From contig CAJINV010000078.1 in assembly GCA_905178155.1 (NCBI GenBank), positions 1-11,136 on the forward strand: a stretch of DNA of 11,136 nt, read 5' to 3'. Position numbers and translations under genes: made by a program. The stretch comes from Amoebophrya sp. A120 (Eukaryota; Protista; Dinoflagellata). Below the pieces are notes generated by a model. The model did not search any database. It was not told the origin of the DNA and was given only the letters and a program-made list of their open reading frames with translations. Shown one piece after another: positions 7,788 to 11,136 of this stretch (within the stretch, counting starts at the first letter, position 1; each line of letters starts with the position of its first letter).

Positions 7788-10700
7788 TCAGTGCTTAGCC
7801 GTAGGCAGCTTCAGCCTTTTCGGACTACTCTCCCCGTCACTCCACCTTTCCCCGCTTTGCAACGTTTTTTCAAAGTCTGCCATCTTCCACGGTTTACTGC
7901 ACTTGAAATCGTTGCGGACGGACCTTAACTGCCGGAAAATTTCCTCTTCCTTGGACTCCCCTAACTTTTTCGAAAACTGCTGCACGCGGAGAAAAGGCGA
8001 CGTCAATAACTCCTCCTCCTATGCAAGAAAAAAACTGTGTAAGTGTAAGTCTGTGATGCAGAAAATGCAAAATAGTTACACTTGTCATGCTGGACATGCA
8101 TCAGAAGCTCTTTTCGTGCGTGTTTTCACGTACTAGCCGCGCATGACAGGCTCTCTCTGTCATGTGAAGCAAATTTGTGATGCTATTCCTCCAAGAAAGT
8201 TACACTAACACAGTTTTTTTCTTGGATACCTCCGCGGTGAAGGGGACTGTGGGGATTTTGTCCTTGCGCAAGTCCACGATTTTCTTGCACCGGTCGATCA
8301 CTGCTTGCCGGCTCTGGTCCGACTTCTCCACCAGCGCGAGAGCGAACTGACACCCGTCCGTGGCGTACTCGTGGGCACAATAGATCAGCGTGGATTTCGG
8401 AATATGGTCCATCAGCCGCTGCTTCAGGGCCCTGCGGTATATTGTTTCTATAAATATTTTCAATTTTTTGAAAGCTCCCCCGCCGGCAACCGCAACGCTA
8501 ACTGCTGGCGTAGCAAGCCGACACAACACCACAAACCGCAATTGCACAGAGGATGTTCTTGACCTCTAGCCAAGTGAGAATTATGATGTGGGAGATGTTG
8601 ACTAAATGTAGCAACAAGAAGTAAGATGAACATCTGTGTACAACGATACACGCAAGTTCACCGCAGACGTAGTAAAAGTACCTGTAGCAGTCCGCTGCGT
8701 CGCCCTCAAAGAGCCTGCCGCAGCCCATCGGAAAGACGATGTCACCGGTGAACACGATCCCGTAGGATTTCAAAAAGAACCCGATCTGCCCTAACGTATG
8801 CCCCGGAACGTGGATAATCTCGAAGTCCAGCGGCCCGAGGTTCAAGTGTTCCCCGTGTATGACAGTGCACAACTCCCCCTCCCCCTCATTTGTATAGCAT
8901 GACCGGCAATACAAGCATCAGCAAGAATGCCGGTTGCGCATGACAAATTAGCATATGGAGTGTAGTGCCATTTGGGCTGCCAGAACTTGTCATGCAAACA
9001 GTGCCAAGAGGCAAAAAAGGGTGGATTGGGTATTTTGCATGACAAATGAGGGGCTGGGGGGGGGTTGTGCACTGTCATACCGTGCTTGCAGAGCTCGGAG
9101 AAGTCCGACTCTTCCGCGAATTTTTTCAAATTCGGCAGCTCGATCCGCGACGCGTACATCCGCGGCCGGTGGTTATTGTTCGCTTTGAAGTTGTCCGCCG
9201 CAATCTCGTTCCACGCGCCCAGGTGATCCCAGTGCCAGTGGGTGATGAGCACGTCTGTGATGACGGAGCCAAATTCCTCCTTTGCGCGCTGGCAGTACTC
9301 CAGGCCGTGCCCCTGCGGCAAGTCGATGGCGATCACGCGCGCGGCCTGGCTGGTCTGGCTCAAGCGGCGACTATTTGGGCTGTTGATGGTGCTGCCCGAA
9401 GTAGGTTCTTGCTCTGGAACATACAACAAGTACCCGTAGTTGTCACTTAGACACGGGAACTGGATCAACTTCAGCGTCGGATGCGACAGCTCCTTATCGA
9501 ATTTCTCCGCAAACTTGTTCGCCTGAGTGTAATGCGGCCGCGGCGACCCCTTCGGCACAGATTTCAGCGGCTCGATGTCCACCCGCTGCACTTCCGACCA
9601 CGTCTGCCGCCCGTTGGACTTGTCCAGAAGCTTTTTGTTTTCCGAAGACGGGCCGGGGATAAGGTTTGATGATGAGTTACCTGCAGTTGCACTCGTCGAC
9701 ATCATGGCCGCCGCGGCGGAGGGGCGAACTTTCGGCGAAAAACCACTAGTAGTATTCGAAGGCTTGATAGAAGCCGGCGAACCAGAGTTCGAGCGGGCGA
9801 GAGCAGATGAACCCCCGCCGCCGGAATTCGTGCGCGTCAGTCGGGGCGGCTTGGTGGTGGTCCCTCCAGCAGCTTTTGCCTTATTCTTCCTTTCCTCCTC
9901 GTCCACCTCCATCGTAGTCATCGCCACCGCGTGCGCGTGCACCCCGTGCGAAACAACCCCGTGCCCACTGCCCATCTTGGACTCCAGAATTGTCAATTGC
10001 ACCACCAAGCCGTCCGGATCCCGAACGCAGCGCAACACCGGGTCGAACGTGGGCGAAGTCGAGATCTTGCGAAACTGCGCGGGGGAGACGCCGATGGAGA
10101 TGGATTCAAAAGCGGGCTTCTCCGGGCTCAAATCATCCGGGCCGGCGAGCACGGGTGCGTTTCGGTCCATATTCCGCATGTGCTGGATTTCCAACGTTGT
10201 AACGGGTAACTGGTACAACCACTCTCTTTGCGCTTGGATTTTGCTCTCCATAGTACCAATTTTGCTAAAGTCCGGAACTTTTTGCTTCATTTCCTCCGTC
10301 AAATAGGCAAAGAAATACAGGTCGAAGTTGTACGGCGAAACTTCCTGTTTCTCCAATAAGGTCATGCCCAGCACCTCCGTGTAAAACTTCACACACAAAT
10401 TCGCATCTTTCGTCCGGGTGGTGACTTGCCCGATCACCGGGTCCAGCATGCGCGTTAACGGGTTCCGCGCACGAAGTCCGCTCGACTGCAGCTTCTCTTC
10501 CGCTTTCTCGATCCGTTTCTTTTTCGTGGCAGTGTTCCCTTCGAAACTCGTTTGGAGTAGCTCAATCGGAAAGCCGACCGGATCCGCGATGTGCTCCAAG
10601 TAGCCGACGTTCAAAAACTGCTCGCCCTTCGCGTTTTTCTTGCCCAAACCGATTATTGTTTGCAAAAACGTCCCCACGACCCCACACTTGTCATGCAAAG

Positions 10701-11136
10701 TGGCATGCCTAAAATGTTTCTCATGCGCAGACACAGTAAAGCCATTTTCTAATGCTATCTGGAAGTTTGTGATGCTGGAATCACGCAAAGGTAGTCGATT
10801 TGTGATGCGTCGCCACTGCCTCAAACAGCACTACACTACGAGTCCAAATTTGTCATGCAAAACAGCCAAAGCCTCTAGGTTTGTGTTGCGAAATCCCCAT
10901 CTTGACTCTGGGATGGGGACGCTTTTACTCAGGATACCGGTCCTCAAACAGTCATCGACGTCGTCTACCGCCAGCCCGATCTTCCAGTACAGGGGCCGCT
11001 GGAAGTTCACTTGCTGCTGGCTACGATCCTTATTCTGGGCGACGACCTGCTTCCCGGGGGGCAAAAACCGGAAGTTGAGCTGCGCGGAATGGGGCGAGTT
11101 CCGGAAATACAGATTGTCGATCGTTTGGCCGTTCGG
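7788..11136 (-). CDS. Glyoxalase I-like / glyoxalase II fusion protein, copy B; 5' end lies beyond the window. Predicted exons 11136-10938, 10649-9081, 8853-8682, 8431-8230, 8015-7788
   Basis: Exons sum to 2370 nt in one frame. The first two junctions are supported by the uninterrupted sequence of copy A. Complete GloII motif series: THWHWDH, PGHT, FTGDIVFPMGCGRLFEG, CAHEY, PTVPFTAEEELLTSPFLR; TGA at 7790-7788. Confidence 0.88.
8020..8228. mobile_element. Introner/MITE-like element, 209 bp; implied intron 8229-8016, GT-AG
   Basis: TSD CCTCC at 8015-8019 and 8229-8233. Ends TATGCAAGAAAAAAACTGTGTAAGTGTAA and (rc) TATCCAAGAAAAAAACTGTGTTAGTGTAA (27/29 match). Removal restores the GloII C-terminal PTVP...TSPFLR motif. 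Confidence 0.88.
8432..8681 (-). other. Canonical GT-AG intron, 250 bp
   Basis: TAC AG|GTACTT...CCGCAG|G GCC joins DAADCYR to ALKQRL in frame. I see no terminal inverted repeat or TAT...ATA ends. Confidence 0.82.
8858..9079. mobile_element. Introner/MITE-like element, 222 bp; implied intron 9080-8854, GT-CG
   Basis: TSD CCGTG at 8853-8857 and 9080-9084. Perfect 16-bp terminal inverted repeat TATGACAGTGCACAAC, extending imperfectly to about 36 bp. Copy A has the empty site with a single CCGTG (104-108). Confidence 0.95.
10654..10936. mobile_element. Introner/MITE-like element, 283 bp; implied intron 10937-10650, GT-CG
   Basis: TSD CCGAT (10649-10653) / CCGGT (10937-10941). Ends TATTGTTTGCAAAAACGTCCCCA and (rc) TATCCTGAGTAAAAGCGTCCCCA (17/23 match). 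Copy A has the empty site with a single CCGGT (1700-1704). In-frame stop at 10833-10831. Confidence 0.92.

Larger units (their letters stand above)
8750..11136. repeat. Diverged direct duplicate of 1-1899 (gene duplication)
   Basis: Position 1 aligns to 8750 and 1899 to 11136. There are scattered substitutions (many synonymous), small in-frame indels in low-complexity segments, and two insertions (227 and 288 bp) present only in this copy. Confidence 0.97.

Noticed and set aside
8842-10824. 660-aa ORF taken as a complete gene
   Set aside because: Its first and last segments are translated element sequence; copy A shows the true frame continuing across both insertions.
3737-10937. Stop-codon readthrough or recoding to explain the 3n-length inserts (222, 162, 288 bp)
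   Set aside because: The other element inserts shift the frame, one 3n insert abuts the HxD motif, and copy A lacks the 288-bp insert.
1-11136. CRISPR array, rRNA/tRNA, prokaryotic operon or autonomous transposase
   Set aside because: No regularly spaced repeats, RNA-gene signatures or transposase-like ORF seen; the gene structure is eukaryotic.

Overview
Eukaryotic (protist-like) genomic DNA with three minus-strand genes. Two are diverged direct copies of a gene fusing two VOC/glyoxalase I-like domains to a glyoxalase II (metallo-beta-lactamase fold) domain. Copy A (1-2034) runs off the left edge and is intronless in view; copy B (7788-11136) runs off the right edge and has four introns in view. 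Between them is a gene (3395-5758, five exons, about 527 aa) for a signal-peptide-bearing 2OG-Fe(II) oxygenase with a VHL-like N-terminal domain and a KDEL-like C-terminus. The main signal is seven 150-283 bp insertions in coding sequence that share one architecture: a 5-bp target-site duplication (TSD), TAT...ATA termini, terminal inverted repeats and a recurring TGT(C/A/G)ATGC motif. Removing each element plus one TSD copy restores the reading frame and conserved motifs. The implied junctions are mostly non-canonical (GT-CG twice, GT-CC, GT-CA, GT-TG, CT-AC; one GT-AG). Copy A shows the empty sites for two insertions, and two related elements lie in opposite orientations in one gene. This resembles the non-canonical introner elements known from Amoebophrya (Syndiniales); the taxon and the splicing are inferred, not shown.
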